Shown here: one piece after another, positions 22,675-33,468 of the stretch
Numbering within the stretch: position 1 is the stretch's first letter
Layout: the number at the start of each line of letters is the position of its first letter
NCBI GenBank assembly: GCA_963823035.1
Contig: CAWGKG010000004.1
Location: 224,001 to 288,000, forward strand
Direction: 5' to 3'
Origin: an uncultured Gemmatimonadales bacterium
Lineage (GTDB): Bacteria > Gemmatimonadota > Gemmatimonadetes > Longimicrobiales > Gaopeijiaceae
Length of the DNA stretch: 64,000 nucleotides
Translations under genes and position numbers: made by a program
The notes under the pieces: model-generated
The model's input: the letters and a program-made list of their open reading frames with translations, nothing else
Told to the model about the DNA's origin: nothing
The model's database searches: none

Positions 22675-24763
22675 TCAGCGACCCGAGGGCTCGATCCCGG
22701 CCCGCTCGATGACGTCGCCCTCCAGCACGGCGTCCACCACGTCCATCCCGTCGGCGACCACGCCCAGGATCGTGTAGTCGTGGTCGAGGCGCACGTTGTC
22801 CACGAGGTTGACGTAGATCTGCCCGTCGCCCGTGTCGCGGCCCCGTGTCGAGACGCCCACGGTGCCGCGCCACTGCACGACCTGGCCGACCTCGTCGCGC
22901 GTGAAGTCCCCGTGGCCCCCGTACTCGTTGGCCAGCGGGCTGCCGCCCTGGATCACGAAGTTGGGCACCACCCGGTGGAAGCCGAGCCCGTCCAGGTCGC
23001 CCCGTCGCGCCATCTCGAAGAGGCGAAAAGCGTTGGTGGGGGCTTCGTACGGCGTCAGGCGGATGCGTACCTCGCCCCCGCGCCGCATGTGCAGGACCAC
23101 GTCGCTCGAGGCCATCGCGCGCAGCTCCCCGGGCGTAGGCAGCGGGAGGCGCGGCCGGCGGCGCGCCGCGCCCAGGTAGGGCTGCCACGTCCACGCGCTC
23201 AGCACCTCCGCGGCTCGGTCGGCGACCTCCCCGTCGAAGTCGTAGAGGAAGGGGTCGAGCGCCGGCGCGGATCGCTCGTCGCCCAGGAGGCCCACGAGGT
23301 CGAGGAGGGCGAGGCGCGCGTCGCGAAGCGTCTCGGAGCCGGTCTTCCGGAGACGGTCCAACGTGCCGACCGCCGCGGCGATGGCCCGCTCCACGGAGTC
23401 GGTCGCGGCCAGGTGGGGCACCACCGCCAGGAGGACCTGCGGCGCGTCGTCCGTGGCGAGCGCCTGGAGAAGCGCACCGTCCGCCCGACGGCCCGCGACC
23501 GTGGCCAGGCCGTCGAGCGCCGCGGCGCGCGTGTTCGCGTCCGGGTCCGACGCCAGGGTCCGTAGCACCGTCCGGTCGCCGACGAGCGTCGCGGCCCGCG
23601 CGGCCCAGGTGCGTACGAAGGGGTTCGGATGGGAGGCGTGCGGGCCCAGGAGCGGCGAGGCACGGCGGCGGTCGAGGGAGGCCAGAGCCACGAGGGCGTG
23701 GGCCGAGGTGTGCCACGCCGCGTCGGCGCCCTTCTCGAGCGAGGATGCCGCTCCGGAGAGCATGCCCGCCGGATCGGGGCCGGCGAGGCAGGGCACCGCG
23801 AGGGCGTCGATCGCCGCGAGGCGGACGTGCGGGTCGGGGTCTCCGGCCGCGTGGGTTTCGAGGCGGGCGCACACCGACCGCTCGCGCGCCGAGGCCGCCA
23901 GCGCCCGTACCCCCTCCAGGCGTACCTGCGCCGAGGGATCGCCGAGCGCGCGGTCGACGAGCGCGTCCGAGGCCGATCCCGAGCGCGCGAGCTGCGCGGC
24001 GGCCACGCGGCGCACGCGCGCGTCCGCGTCGTCGAGGGCGGCCCCGGTCGCCGCGGGCCCGAGCGCCCGCGCTCCGGACAGGGCGAGGAGCGCCACCTCT
24101 CGCACGCGCGCCGCCGCCGCGTCCTCGGCGCCTCCCGGTCCCCGGTAGCGCGCCGCCTCCTGGAGTCGCAGCAGGACGGCGCCGGCCACCGCGCCCCGTC
24201 GCAGGCGCACGGTCGACTCCATCCCCAGCACCGCGCCGGTGAGCTGCACGGCGGGCGGCCACCCGCCATCCGCCGCGCGGGCGACGGCGATCAGCGCGCG
24301 ATCCCGGTGGCCTTCCCGGGCGTCGTCCAGGCGGATGCGACCGATCGATCGAGCGAGCGCGCCGAGCACCGCCGGGTCCTCCTCGACGCGTGCCCTCGCG
24401 ACCAGCGCGTCGAGCGCCGCACCACCGGGCCGGCCCTGGTAGGCCTGCGCCAGCGCGTTGGCCGCCTCGGCACGCACCCGGCGGTCGCGGTCGGCGAGGA
24501 GCGGGCGGATCCCGTCGGCCACGGCCGGATCCTCCAGGCGGCCGAGCGCGCGCACGCCGGCGAGCCGCAGCTGAGGCGAGGGCCGGCGTGTCGCATCCAC
24601 GAGCGTCTCGAGGCGGGCGCCCCCTGCGGGACGGGTGTCCTCCGCGGCGACGACGCGGAGGAAGTCGCGCGCGGCGACGTCGCCACGTCCCTCGTCGGGC
24701 GCGCGGCAGCCGGACGAGGTCGCGACCGCCACGAGACCGAAGACGAGCGCATCGGGCCCTCAT
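22675..24763 (-). CDS. HEAT-repeat cyclophilin-type peptidyl-prolyl isomerase, probable lipoprotein
   Basis: Ala/Arg-rich HEAT repeats; C-terminal FHRVVPNFVIQGG...DTGDGQIYVNL...LDHDYT. Its ATG overlaps the tnaA stop (ATGA), and a one-base shift gives a signal ending SSGC. Confidence 0.82.
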
Positions 24764-26163
24764 GCGCCCGCCACCGGCGTGTAGCAGGGAGCGAACCGCG
24801 CGGTGAAGTGTCGGAGCACGGGAGCCTGTTCCACGAAGCGGAAGCCCCCGATCGCCTCGCGGCGGTCGAAGACGTCCAGGGTGACGTCCACCAGATAGTC
24901 GATCTGGCTCTTGGTGTACACGCGGCGCGGAATCGCCAGACGCACGAGCTCCATCTTCGCCGTGCTCTCCTCTCCGGTGTCGGGATCGCGGCGACCGAAC
25001 ATGGCGGTGCCGATCTCCACCGCGCGAATGCCGCCCTCCAGGTAGAGCTCGGCGACCACGGCCTGGCCGGGGAGGTCGAGGGGCGGGACGTGCGGGAGGA
25101 ACGCGGCCGCGTCGATGTACACGGCGTGCCCGCCCGGTGGCTGGACGATCGGCACCCCCCCGTTCGTGAGGTGCTCGCCCAGGTAGCGTGCCACCTCGAT
25201 CCGGTAGGTGAGGTAGTCCTCGTGCAGGACCTCCTCCAGCCCGATCGCGATGGCGTCGAGGTCGCGCCCGGCCATGCCGCCGTACGTGGGGAACCCCTCC
25301 GTGAGGATCAGGAGGTTCTCCTCCTGGAGCGAGAGGGCGTCGTCGTTCGTGCACAGGAAGCCCCCGATGTTGGCGAGCCCGTCCTTCTTCGCCGACATGG
25401 TGCAGCCGTCCACGAGCGAGAACATCTCGCGGGCGATCTCCTTGACCGGCCTGTCGGCGTAGCCTTCCTCGCGCGTCTTGATGAAGAAGGCGTTCTCCGC
25501 GAAGCGGCACGCATCCAGGTAGAAGGGGATCCCGTGGCGACGGCAGACGTCGCGCACGGCGCGGATGTTCGCCATCGACACGGGCTGACCGCCGCCGGTG
25601 TTGTTCGTGACCGTGAGCATGCAGATCGGCACGCGCTCGGCGCCGACCTCCTCGATGAGCGCCTCCAGGCGCGCGACGTCCATGTTCCCCTTGAAGGGGT
25701 GTGGCTCCGAGTGCCTGAGCCCCTCCGCGACCGGGAGGTCAACGGCCTTCGCGCCGGTCGCCTCGATGTTGGCCCGTGTCGTGTCGAAATGCGTGTTGTT
25801 CGGCACGACGTGGCCCGGCCTGCACACGGTGCTGAAGAGGATCCGCTCGGCGGCGCGTCCCTGGTGGGTGGGGATCACGTGCTCGAAGCCGAAGATGTCC
25901 TTCACGGCGGCCTCGAAGCGATACCACGAGCGACTGCCGGCGTACGCCTCGTCGCCTCGCATGATCGCCGCCCACTGCTCCGCGCTCATGGCGCTGGTGC
26001 CCGAGTCGGTGAGCAGGTCGATGAGCACGTCGTCGGCCCGCAGCTTGAAGACGTTCCACCCGGCCTCGACGATATAGCCCAGCCGCTCCTCCGGAGAGGT
26101 CATGCGGATGGGCTCGACCACCTTGATGCGGAACGGCTCGATGATCCTCGGACTGCGGCTCAC
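24760..26163 (-). CDS. tnaA: Tryptophanase (tryptophan indole-lyase)
   Basis: EPFRIKVVE, DLLTDSGT, THQGRAAE, MSAKKD (PLP Lys) and GFPTYGG. RAVEIG and LRHFTARF match TnaA rather than tyrosine phenol-lyase (ERG, LRFFTARF). Confidence 0.88.
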   Translation of the reverse strand: MSRSPRIIEPFRIKVVEPIRMTSPEERLGYIVEAGWNVFKLRADDVLIDLLTDSGTSAMSAEQWAAIMRGDEAYAGSRSWYRFEAAVKDIFGFEHVIPTHQGRAAERILFSTVCRPGHVVPNNTHFDTTRANIEATGAKAVDLPVAEGLRHSEPHPFKGNMDVARLEALIEEVGAERVPICMLTVTNNTGGGQPVSMANIRAVRDVCRRHGIPFYLDACRFAENAFFIKTREEGYADRPVKEIAREMFSLVDGCTMSAKKDGLANIGGFLCTNDDALSLQEENLLILTEGFPTYGGMAGRDLDAIAIGLEEVLHEDYLTYRIEVARYLGEHLTNGGVPIVQPPGGHAVYIDAAAFLPHVPPLDLPGQAVVAELYLEGGIRAVEIGTAMFGRRDPDTGEESTAKMELVRLAIPRRVYTKSQIDYLVDVTLDVFDRREAIGGFRFVEQAPVLRHFTARFAPCYTPVAGA

Positions 26164-26213
26164 GGGCCCATCCTTTCTGTCTACGCGGCCGGTTGCGGCC
26201 GCGCGCGCCTTTC

Positions 26214-27236
26214 CTACGGCGTGACGACCACCCGGATCGCGGCTCCGGAGCGGAGCGTGTCGAGTGCCTGGCCGATCTCGTCCAGGCAGAAGCGATGGGT
26301 CACCAGCTCGGTGAGTCGGATCCTGCCCTGGCGCACCATCTCGATCACCCGAGGATAGTCCACGGGCCGGCAGCCGAGGGAGCCCACCACCTCCAACTCA
26401 CGAAACATGACACGTCCCGAGTTCAGCGTCATGGTTTCGGGGCTGTAGCCCACGAAGACGGCGCGTCCTCCCGTCTTCAGACACGACACCGCGAGCTCCT
26501 GTGTGATCGGCTTCCCCACGGCCTCGAAGGCCACGTCCGCGCCCCCGCTGGTCGCCTTCCGCAGCGCCTTGTCGGGCCGCGCTTCGGCCGCGATGTCGAG
26601 CGTCGCGGCGGCCCCCAGCTTTGCGGCCCACTCGAGCTTGGCCGGCGAGATGTCCACCGCGACCACGCGCGCGCCCAGCGCCGCGGCGATCTGGACGATG
26701 TTGATGCCCACGCCGCCGCAGCCGAACACGACCACCTCGTCCCCGGGGCGCACGCGCCCACGGTTCACGACCGCGTGGTAGGGGGTGGTGATCGCGTCCG
26801 CGATGATCGACCCCTCCACCAGGGGGATCTCGTCGGGGAGGTGGAAGACGTCCTTGGACGGCACGGCCACGAACTCGGCGAAGCCGCCGTCGATGTGGTT
26901 CCCGAGCATCTCGCCGTTCGCGCAGATGCTCTCGCGGCCTTCGCGGCAGGCGGCGCAGTGGCCGCAGCTCGTGACCGCCGCCGCGAGCACGCGCTCGCCG
27001 ACGGCGAGGTGGCGCACCCCTTCGCCAACGGTCTCGATCGTGCCCGAGACCTCGTGCCCGAGGATCATCGGCGGCTGCTTGAAGGTAGGGGTGCCGTGGT
27101 CGAGGTAGTGCAGGTCGGTGTGGCAGACGCCGCACCCCGCGACACGGATCAGCACCTGTCCCGGACCCGCCTCCGGCATGGGCACGTCCTCGATGGCCAG
27201 GGGGCGGTCCGCGCCGTGAAACACCGCGGCCTTCAT
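26214..27236 (-). CDS. had: Zn-dependent alcohol dehydrogenase, probable 6-hydroxycyclohex-1-ene-1-carbonyl-CoA dehydrogenase
   Basis: CGVCHTDLHY, GHE, CxxCxxC...C, ADAITTPYHAV, GCGGVG and GSLGC; context in the bcr cluster. Confidence 0.78.
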   Translation of the reverse strand: MKAAVFHGADRPLAIEDVPMPEAGPGQVLIRVAGCGVCHTDLHYLDHGTPTFKQPPMILGHEVSGTIETVGEGVRHLAVGERVLAAAVTSCGHCAACREGRESICANGEMLGNHIDGGFAEFVAVPSKDVFHLPDEIPLVEGSIIADAITTPYHAVVNRGRVRPGDEVVVFGCGGVGINIVQIAAALGARVVAVDISPAKLEWAAKLGAAATLDIAAEARPDKALRKATSGGADVAFEAVGKPITQELAVSCLKTGGRAVFVGYSPETMTLNSGRVMFRELEVVGSLGCRPVDYPRVIEMVRQGRIRLTELVTHRFCLDEIGQALDTLRSGAAIRVVVTP

Positions 27237-27529
27237 GGTGCGCTCCTTCCGGCGCCGTCGACGCGCCGGGTGTAGATGACCTTGAAGAGGGAGAGGGCCA
27301 GCGTGCAGCCCTCGCAGGAGGGGGCGAGCTCGCCGGGCAGGACGTCGTCGAGGAGGACTTCGCGGCCCGTGCTCTCGTAGAGTTGCCGCACCTCGCCCAG
27401 GCGAGGCGGGGAGCCCGTGAAGCGTCGCTCCCACCCGTCTCGCGCGAGCTGCTCGTCGCGGGCCCGCCTGACTTCGGGGACGGCCTCGTCTCCCGCCCCC
27501 ACCGCCGGAGACGCGGACGCGTCGGTCAT
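27233..27529 (-). CDS. Small hypothetical protein with CxxC (98 aa) inside the bcr operon
   Basis: GWERRF...RL.E...LYESTGREV...CEGC...VIYTR; ATGA overlaps with both neighbours. Confidence 0.8.
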   Translation of the reverse strand: MTDASASPAVGAGDEAVPEVRRARDEQLARDGWERRFTGSPPRLGEVRQLYESTGREVLLDDVLPGELAPSCEGCTLALSLFKVIYTRRVDGAGRSAP

Positions 27530-28323
27530 GCGGCGAGCTTCTCCAGGCGCCGCTTGGCCAGGACCGCTGCGCCGATGGCGCCCGTGAACTGGACCAACTC
27601 CTCCGGCGGCACGTTCACGTCGTCCCCCAGGTGGGTGCGCATCACGCGCACCATGGTCGGAAAGCGCATGATGCCGCCTACGAGCGTGAACTGCGGCTCC
27701 ATCTGCACGCGCTTCATGAGGCGCACCGAGCGCTCGATGAGCGACTCCATCGCCCCGTGTATGATGTCCGCCGGCTGGGCGCCGTTGCTGACGTGGTTGA
27801 TCACCTCGGACTCGGCGAACACCGCGCACACGCCCGAGATCGGCACGGGCGCCTTCGCGTACTCCACGAGGGGCCCGATCTCCTCGATCGAGTAGCCGAG
27901 GTAGCGGGCCGTCTTCTCGAGGAACGCGCCGGTACCGGCGGCGCATTTGTCATTGAGGCGGAAGGAGCGGACCTTGCCGGACTCGTCGAGGCGCAGCGCC
28001 TTCATCGTCTGGCCGCCGACGTCCAGCACGGTCATGGTGCCCGGGAAGAAGAAGCGTGTGCCCCAGGATTGCGCGGTCAGGTCCGTGGCTTGCACGTCCC
28101 GGAACGGGATCTGATTGCGCCCGTAGCCGGTGCTGGCCAGGTAGGCCACGTCCTCACGCCGGGCGCCCGCTTTCTCGAGCGCCGCTTCCAGGGCGATGCG
28201 CGCCGCCTCCTCGAGGCGGAATCCCGTCGCGCGGATGCCCACCGACGCGAGCTCACCCGCTTCGTCGAGGAGCGCGGCCTTGGTATACGTGGACCCGACG
28301 TCCACCCCCGCGAACCACTTCAT
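27526..28323 (-). CDS. bcrD: Class I benzoyl-CoA reductase ATP-binding subunit D (ASKHA activase)
   Basis: [36 protein letters not shown]...EIG and [14 protein letters not shown]. Confidence 0.8.
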   Translation of the reverse strand: MKWFAGVDVGSTYTKAALLDEAGELASVGIRATGFRLEEAARIALEAALEKAGARREDVAYLASTGYGRNQIPFRDVQATDLTAQSWGTRFFFPGTMTVLDVGGQTMKALRLDESGKVRSFRLNDKCAAGTGAFLEKTARYLGYSIEEIGPLVEYAKAPVPISGVCAVFAESEVINHVSNGAQPADIIHGAMESLIERSVRLMKRVQMEPQFTLVGGIMRFPTMVRVMRTHLGDDVNVPPEELVQFTGAIGAAVLAKRRLEKLAA

Positions 28324-29135
28324 GCTGCGCCCTCCTCGGCGACGCCCTCCCGCCCCTTGTGGATGCGCTCCAGCGCGGAGAGCGCGGCGCCTAGCGCGCC
28401 CATGTAGTGCGACTCCTCGCTCACGTTCAGTCCCGTGTGCAGCATGTCCTCCAGCACGGCCACCATCGCTTCGTTCCGCGTCACGCCACCCGTGAAGGTG
28501 ATCTCGCCCTCGATGCCCACACGGCGCAGCAGCAGGATGGAGCGCGACGCGATCGAGCGGTGCACGCCCAACAGGATGTCCTCGATCTTCTTGCCGCGGG
28601 CGAGCCATGAGAGCACCTCCGACTCCGCGAACACCGTGCAGGTGGTGCTGATGTTCACGGGCCGCTGGCCGCGCAGGGCGGTGGGCCCCAGGTCCTCCAG
28701 TTCCATCTCCAGCGCGGCCGCGGCCGACTGCAGGAAGCGCCCGGTGCCGGCGGCGCACTTGTCGTTCATGCAGAAGTCCACCACGTCCCCGCCGGGGCGC
28801 ACCCGGATGGCCTTCGTGTCCTGTCCGCCCATGTCCAGCACCGTCTCGGTGGCGGGGAACATGCGGGCCGCGCCGCGCGCGTGGCAGACGATCTCCGTGA
28901 TCTGGGTGTCGCCGAACTCGACGCGGTAGCGGCCGTAGCCGGTACCCACCACGAAGCCGACGTCCTCCTCGTGGATGTCCCCGGAATGCAGCGCCTCCTG
29001 GAAGGCCTGCTCGGCGGCCCGGACGACGTTGGCACCCGTGGGCAGAAGGGCGCGTCCGACGATGTCACCCGCTTCGTCCACCACCACCGCCTTGGTCTGC
29101 GTGGACCCGACGTCCACGCCGGCAGCGTAGGCCAT
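28320..29135 (-). CDS. bcrA: Class I benzoyl-CoA reductase ATP-binding subunit A (compact form)
   Basis: [60 protein letters not shown] and FTGGV..NEA. Confidence 0.8.
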   Translation of the reverse strand: MAYAAGVDVGSTQTKAVVVDEAGDIVGRALLPTGANVVRAAEQAFQEALHSGDIHEEDVGFVVGTGYGRYRVEFGDTQITEIVCHARGAARMFPATETVLDMGGQDTKAIRVRPGGDVVDFCMNDKCAAGTGRFLQSAAAALEMELEDLGPTALRGQRPVNISTTCTVFAESEVLSWLARGKKIEDILLGVHRSIASRSILLLRRVGIEGEITFTGGVTRNEAMVAVLEDMLHTGLNVSEESHYMGALGAALSALERIHKGREGVAEEGAA

Positions 29136-29148
29136 GTCGTTCTCCTCT

Positions 29149-30480
29149 TCAGGCGGGGGAAGGGGCTTGGGGATGGGCCTTCTGGGCGCTTCGGCGGATA
29201 CGCCGCGAGTCGAGCCCTTCGAAGAAGGCGTCGATGCGGTTCTTGAGCTGCGCCTCCGACACCACGCGCTTGTCCATCATGTCCGACTCGATGTACAGGC
29301 AGAGCACGTCGCGCTCGTCGAGCACCATGCGTCGGGAGTCCGCCAGCCCGGTGGAGACCGTGCGGCAGCTCTTGATCGGGTGGTAGACCACACCGTCCGC
29401 GTCCAGCTCGTCGATGGCGTCGAGGAGGTGGCTGTCGTGGAAGAGCATCGCGTCGCCCGCGCGGCGGACGCCCAGGAGGACGCCCTCGGCCAGGCTCTCG
29501 ATCGGCCGGCTCAGGTCGTACTCGAAGTCCAGGTCGAGGCCTCCGGACGCGAACCACATGTAGGTGGAGCCGACGAACACCCCGCCCCACTCGCTGAACA
29601 GCTGGTGGAAGCGCCGGAAGATCGGGTAGCAGGGCACGCCCACGAAGATGAGGCGATGCTCCTTGTCGTGGTCCATGAGCGGGCTCACGTGGTGCAGCGA
29701 CTTGTACGCCATCTCCTCGACCAGGTCCTCGAAGTACTTCGCCCCCTCCTCCGTGCCGCGAAGTGCGTTGGCCACGCCGAGGTAGATCGTGCCTTCCATC
29801 ATCGCGTCGAACACCGCGGGGCGACTTCCGTTGAGGCGGAGGAGCTGGCGCCACGCTCGGCCCATGCGGTTGGTGCGCTCAAGGACCTCACGCAGCCGGT
29901 CGATGTCGAAGGCCTTCCCGGTGAGCGTCTCGAGCTGGCCGATCAGCTCGCGCAACTGGTACTCCACGTAGCGGCGGTCCCGCTCCAACCCGCCCGCGGC
30001 GGCGTCCGTGCCGGCGTTGCGGCCCCGCGTACCCGGCACGTCCACCGTCACGACCGGGATGCCGTACATCCGCTCCCAGATCTCCGCCCACTTGAGGTAG
30101 GTGTTGCAGGCGTTCGTGAGCACCGCGATCGACGGCTTCGGGATCCGCCCCATCGGATGCTCCCCGCCGCGGAGCTGGAGCGCGTAGTCCGCCTTCACGT
30201 AGCCACATACGTCCGGGCTGAAGCCGTGGTCCTCCGCGAGGCTGAGGTACTCGTCCGAGACGCGGCGCACGGCGGTCTGCAACGAGTTGATCTCGGGGAA
30301 GACGGTGTGCATGTCGAACGTCTTCAGGATCTCGTTCAGGCTCCCCATCACGAAGACGTAGGCGGCCTGCTCCCCGCGCTCCGCCGCTCCCGTGAGGGAG
30401 TCGTACCAGTTCCGGAAGAGCAGGCCGCCGTCGCGGGTGCCGCGGCCGAGGAGATCGTCGGCGGTGGTGTGGATGGTCAT
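29149..30480 (-). CDS. bcrB: Class I benzoyl-CoA reductase subunit B (HgdA/B family, [4Fe-4S])
   Basis: [46 protein letters not shown] and IESDMMD.R...AQLKNR. Confidence 0.82.
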   Translation of the reverse strand: MTIHTTADDLLGRGTRDGGLLFRNWYDSLTGAAERGEQAAYVFVMGSLNEILKTFDMHTVFPEINSLQTAVRRVSDEYLSLAEDHGFSPDVCGYVKADYALQLRGGEHPMGRIPKPSIAVLTNACNTYLKWAEIWERMYGIPVVTVDVPGTRGRNAGTDAAAGGLERDRRYVEYQLRELIGQLETLTGKAFDIDRLREVLERTNRMGRAWRQLLRLNGSRPAVFDAMMEGTIYLGVANALRGTEEGAKYFEDLVEEMAYKSLHHVSPLMDHDKEHRLIFVGVPCYPIFRRFHQLFSEWGGVFVGSTYMWFASGGLDLDFEYDLSRPIESLAEGVLLGVRRAGDAMLFHDSHLLDAIDELDADGVVYHPIKSCRTVSTGLADSRRMVLDERDVLCLYIESDMMDKRVVSEAQLKNRIDAFFEGLDSRRIRRSAQKAHPQAPSPA

Positions 30481-30489
30481 GGCAGGCCC

Positions 30490-31689
30490 TCAGGCGAAGA
30501 GGAGGTTCTCGACGAACGTCTCGAGCTGGATCTGCAGGTGGTCGAACGAGGTCATGCGCTCCTCGAACTCCGTGACGAAGTAGGGAATGCCCGCCTCGTC
30601 CAGCGCATGCGCATAGGCCACCTGCTCGTCCAGCCCGGGCTCGCACATCTTCGCGGCGGCCACGATCGCGGCCCCGGCCCCCGAGCGGCGTATGCGCTCC
30701 AGGAGCATGCGCTCCTTCGGCTTGCGCAGGTCGTGCTGCACGGGGCTGTACGACGAGTCCTCCAGGTAGGCAACGGCGAGCTCGCGGACGGGGTCGCCCT
30801 CGGTGGATACGTCGGAGAGGATCCAGCGCAGCCCGATGAGGAAGTCGTCATCCACCACGTAGCAGAACTCGGCGATCGCGCGCAGGAGGTCGATCGGCGG
30901 CTGCTCGCAGAAGCCCCCCTCGAAGACCACGCGGATCTTGTCCTGCCGGCGCGCGTCCCGCGTCTCGATGCGGGGGAGCACCCACGCCAGCAGCTCGTTG
31001 TGCTCCTCGCGCGTGACCAGTCCCGCCATCGCGACCAGGACCCAGGCCTCGTGGATGGGGAGGAGCCAGGGCGCCTCGCGCTTGATCTCGTAGAGCCGGC
31101 GCAGGAGGCGGCGGTTGAGGTTGAAGACGTCGATCGAGCGGCGCACCTCCGCGGCGGTCGCGTCCTTCCCGGTGATCGCCTCCATCTCTCCGAGGATCCT
31201 CCGGTATTCCTCGGTGAGCCAGGTGGCGGAGAACGCCGAGTTCGGGTTCTGCGGGAGGTAGAGGATCTGCGCCGGCTCGGGTCGGTTCCGCCCCCAGATC
31301 CCGGCGAGGTTGCGCGCCGCGTCGCAGATCGGATGGGTGACGAACATGTCGAGCTCGACGCGGCCGGTCAGCGCGAGCTCGAGGGAGCTGCGCAGGATCG
31401 AGCAGAGGTAGGAGCCGAAGTGGGAATCCGCTTGCTCACGCTCCACCTGGGCGCCGCGCATCTTGACCGGGAGGAGCCCCGCGGCATGCGCCAGCTCTTC
31501 CGGGAAGTAGACCTGGAAGTGTCCCAGCACCTTCCCCCCCGCTTCGCGCCAACGCTTCACGGTCGGGAAGTCGGGGTCCTCCGCCACCTCGCGACAGTAG
31601 GCGAGCACGCCCTCCAGGCCGTCGTTCCAGGGGACGTCCAGCAGCCGGAGGGTGGGCTCCGGCGTCCGGATGTTCGCTGCGTGGGTCAT
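30490..31689 (-). CDS. bcrC: Class I benzoyl-CoA reductase subunit C ([4Fe-4S])
   Basis: [46 protein letters not shown] and KMCEP. Confidence 0.85.
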   Translation of the reverse strand: MTHAANIRTPEPTLRLLDVPWNDGLEGVLAYCREVAEDPDFPTVKRWREAGGKVLGHFQVYFPEELAHAAGLLPVKMRGAQVEREQADSHFGSYLCSILRSSLELALTGRVELDMFVTHPICDAARNLAGIWGRNRPEPAQILYLPQNPNSAFSATWLTEEYRRILGEMEAITGKDATAAEVRRSIDVFNLNRRLLRRLYEIKREAPWLLPIHEAWVLVAMAGLVTREEHNELLAWVLPRIETRDARRQDKIRVVFEGGFCEQPPIDLLRAIAEFCYVVDDDFLIGLRWILSDVSTEGDPVRELAVAYLEDSSYSPVQHDLRKPKERMLLERIRRSGAGAAIVAAAKMCEPGLDEQVAYAHALDEAGIPYFVTEFEERMTSFDHLQIQLETFVENLLFA

Positions 31690-31690
31690 G

Positions 31691-32491
31691 TCAGGCTCCC
31701 GTCCAGACGGGTGGGCGCTTTTCCAGGAAGGCCGCGAGGCCCTCTCGTGCGTCGGCGAGGTGCATGAGCTCGTCGAGGTAGAGTCGCTCGGTCGCCCGCA
31801 GGGCCGCCTCGATGGACACCTCCAGCGAGGCCACCACCGCGCGCTTGGTGAGTCGGAGGACGGGGCGACTGAGTGAGGCGAGGTCCGTCACGTAGGCCGC
31901 GGCGTCGTCCGCGAAGGACGCCTGTGGGAAGACGTGCTGTACGAGCCCCATGCCCCGCGCCTCGGCGGCGTCGAACGTCCTGCCGCTCAGGCAGAGGTCG
32001 AGGGCGCGCGCGCGCCCCAGGAGGCGCGGCAGGACGACGGCCGCGAAGGGTGGGAGGACGCCGAGTCGGATCTCGGGCTGGCCCAGGCGCGCCCCTTCGG
32101 TCGCGAGCAGGACGTCGCAGGCGAGCGCGAGCTCCATCCCACCCCCGAGCGCGGCCCCGTTGATGGCGGCGACCACCGGGAGCTCGAGGGCCATCAGCCG
32201 TTCGAGCATGCGATGGAACAGCGCGATCATCTCGTCGACGCGCTCGGGGGTATGGTCGGCGACGTCCACACCGGCGCAGAACGCCTTCCCCCGCCCGGTG
32301 ATCAGGAGCACGGTGGCGCCGGCGTCCGAGCCCACGCGCACGAGCGCTTCGTCGAGGGCGCGCAGCATCGCGAGGTCGAGGACGTTCAGCGGGGGGCGGT
32401 CGAGATCGATCCGGCGAAGGCCGCCTTCCGCCGTGAGGTGCACGCCCGGGAGGCCGGGGATCGTGTCGAGCGAGCCGTCGGGCTGTTGCAT
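31691..32491 (-). CDS. dch: Crotonase-family enzyme, probable cyclohexa-1,5-diene-1-carbonyl-CoA hydratase
   Basis: [29 protein letters not shown] and the C-terminal [22 protein letters not shown]; 1 bp from bcrC. Confidence 0.78.
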   Translation of the reverse strand: MQQPDGSLDTIPGLPGVHLTAEGGLRRIDLDRPPLNVLDLAMLRALDEALVRVGSDAGATVLLITGRGKAFCAGVDVADHTPERVDEMIALFHRMLERLMALELPVVAAINGAALGGGMELALACDVLLATEGARLGQPEIRLGVLPPFAAVVLPRLLGRARALDLCLSGRTFDAAEARGMGLVQHVFPQASFADDAAAYVTDLASLSRPVLRLTKRAVVASLEVSIEAALRATERLYLDELMHLADAREGLAAFLEKRPPVWTGA

Positions 32492-32599
32492 GGTGTCCCT
32501 CCCGAAGCCGCCGGAGGAGGTCCGGAGGCGAGCGTACGGTCGCGGTGGGAGGGTACCGCGGTGAAATGCGTCGGCTGGAGCGTGGACCCGATCAGGCCA

Positions 32600-33457
32600 T
32601 CAGTCCGCTCCTCCCGCCCACGCCAGCGCCGGCTCCTGCTCGAGGATCGCCGCCACGTATCGGTCGGCGCGGTCCTGCAAGAGGTCGTGGAGCTTCCCGA
32701 GCAGCTCCGCGGCGGTCTCCCCCGGCCATTCGTCCGGGAGGAGGGCCTTCGGGAGGTAGGGGTCCTCGAGCGGGAAGCTCCGGAACTCGTGGATGAGGTT
32801 GAACCGGCGTACGTAGCATCCCTCATCCGTCAGGGTACGGTCCGCCAGACCCGCCCGGATGACCTCGAGACCCGGCGTCCACAGCCGGAGGAAGGCATGG
32901 TAGCGCGCCGCCAGTCCACCGAGGTCCCAGCAGCGACCCACGAGATCGAAGTGGTCCGTGTCTCCGAGGTGCTGGGCGCGGAAGCAGACGAGATGCTCGC
33001 GGATGCCCATCTCCTCGGCCATCTCGGACACCCGGTCACCCACGTCGTGCGGGGAGATCCAGATCCCGTTGCCCAGCGAGCCGAAGCCCAGCCATGCGAG
33101 GCGCACGCGCAGCCGATCGCGCAGGTGGCGCACGTCCTCGGGGATGGAGTAGGAGAGGAGGTACCACTGACCGTCCCACGCCTCGTCCCACGAAGGGTGG
33201 AAGATCCGTTCGTGCCCTTCCGAGAGCAGCTTGCGCCCGCGCGCCGTGAGGTCGTAGTAGGCGTGGCGGCCATGGCGGCGCCGTCTCAGCCAGCGCTTGC
33301 GGGTCATGCGGGAGAGGACCGTGCGCACCGCCCCCTCCGACAGCCCGAAGGGTCGCAGGAGCGCGATCAGCGTTCCTACCCACACCGGACGGCGCAGGTT
33401 CTGGAGATACTCTCCGTAGAGCGTGAAGACGAGGTCCTGCGGGCGCTTTGTGATCAT
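32600..33457 (-). CDS. paaX: PaaX-family transcriptional repressor
   Basis: LVFTLYGEY, AVRTVLSRM, WDGQW, LAWLGFGSL.NG.WISP, WDL..LA..Y..F and DPYLPKALLPDEWPG. Confidence 0.9.
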   Translation of the reverse strand: MITKRPQDLVFTLYGEYLQNLRRPVWVGTLIALLRPFGLSEGAVRTVLSRMTRKRWLRRRRHGRHAYYDLTARGRKLLSEGHERIFHPSWDEAWDGQWYLLSYSIPEDVRHLRDRLRVRLAWLGFGSLGNGIWISPHDVGDRVSEMAEEMGIREHLVCFRAQHLGDTDHFDLVGRCWDLGGLAARYHAFLRLWTPGLEVIRAGLADRTLTDEGCYVRRFNLIHEFRSFPLEDPYLPKALLPDEWPGETAAELLGKLHDLLQDRADRYVAAILEQEPALAWAGGAD

Positions 33458-33468
33458 ATGTCAGTTCG

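Noticed and set aside
24760..26163. Tyrosine phenol-lyase
   Set aside because: It has EIG and LRHFT, not the TPL-specific Arg (ERG) and Phe (LRFFT).
27526..31689. 2-hydroxyacyl-CoA dehydratase (Hgd/Fld) instead of BCR
   Set aside because: Two different activase subunits, BcrB/C-specific motifs and flanking dch and had genes favour an aryl-CoA reductase.
32533..32566. Second PaaX operator between paaX and dch
   Set aside because: Only one degenerate half-site (CGTACGGTCGCGG, 9/13) with no matching partner.
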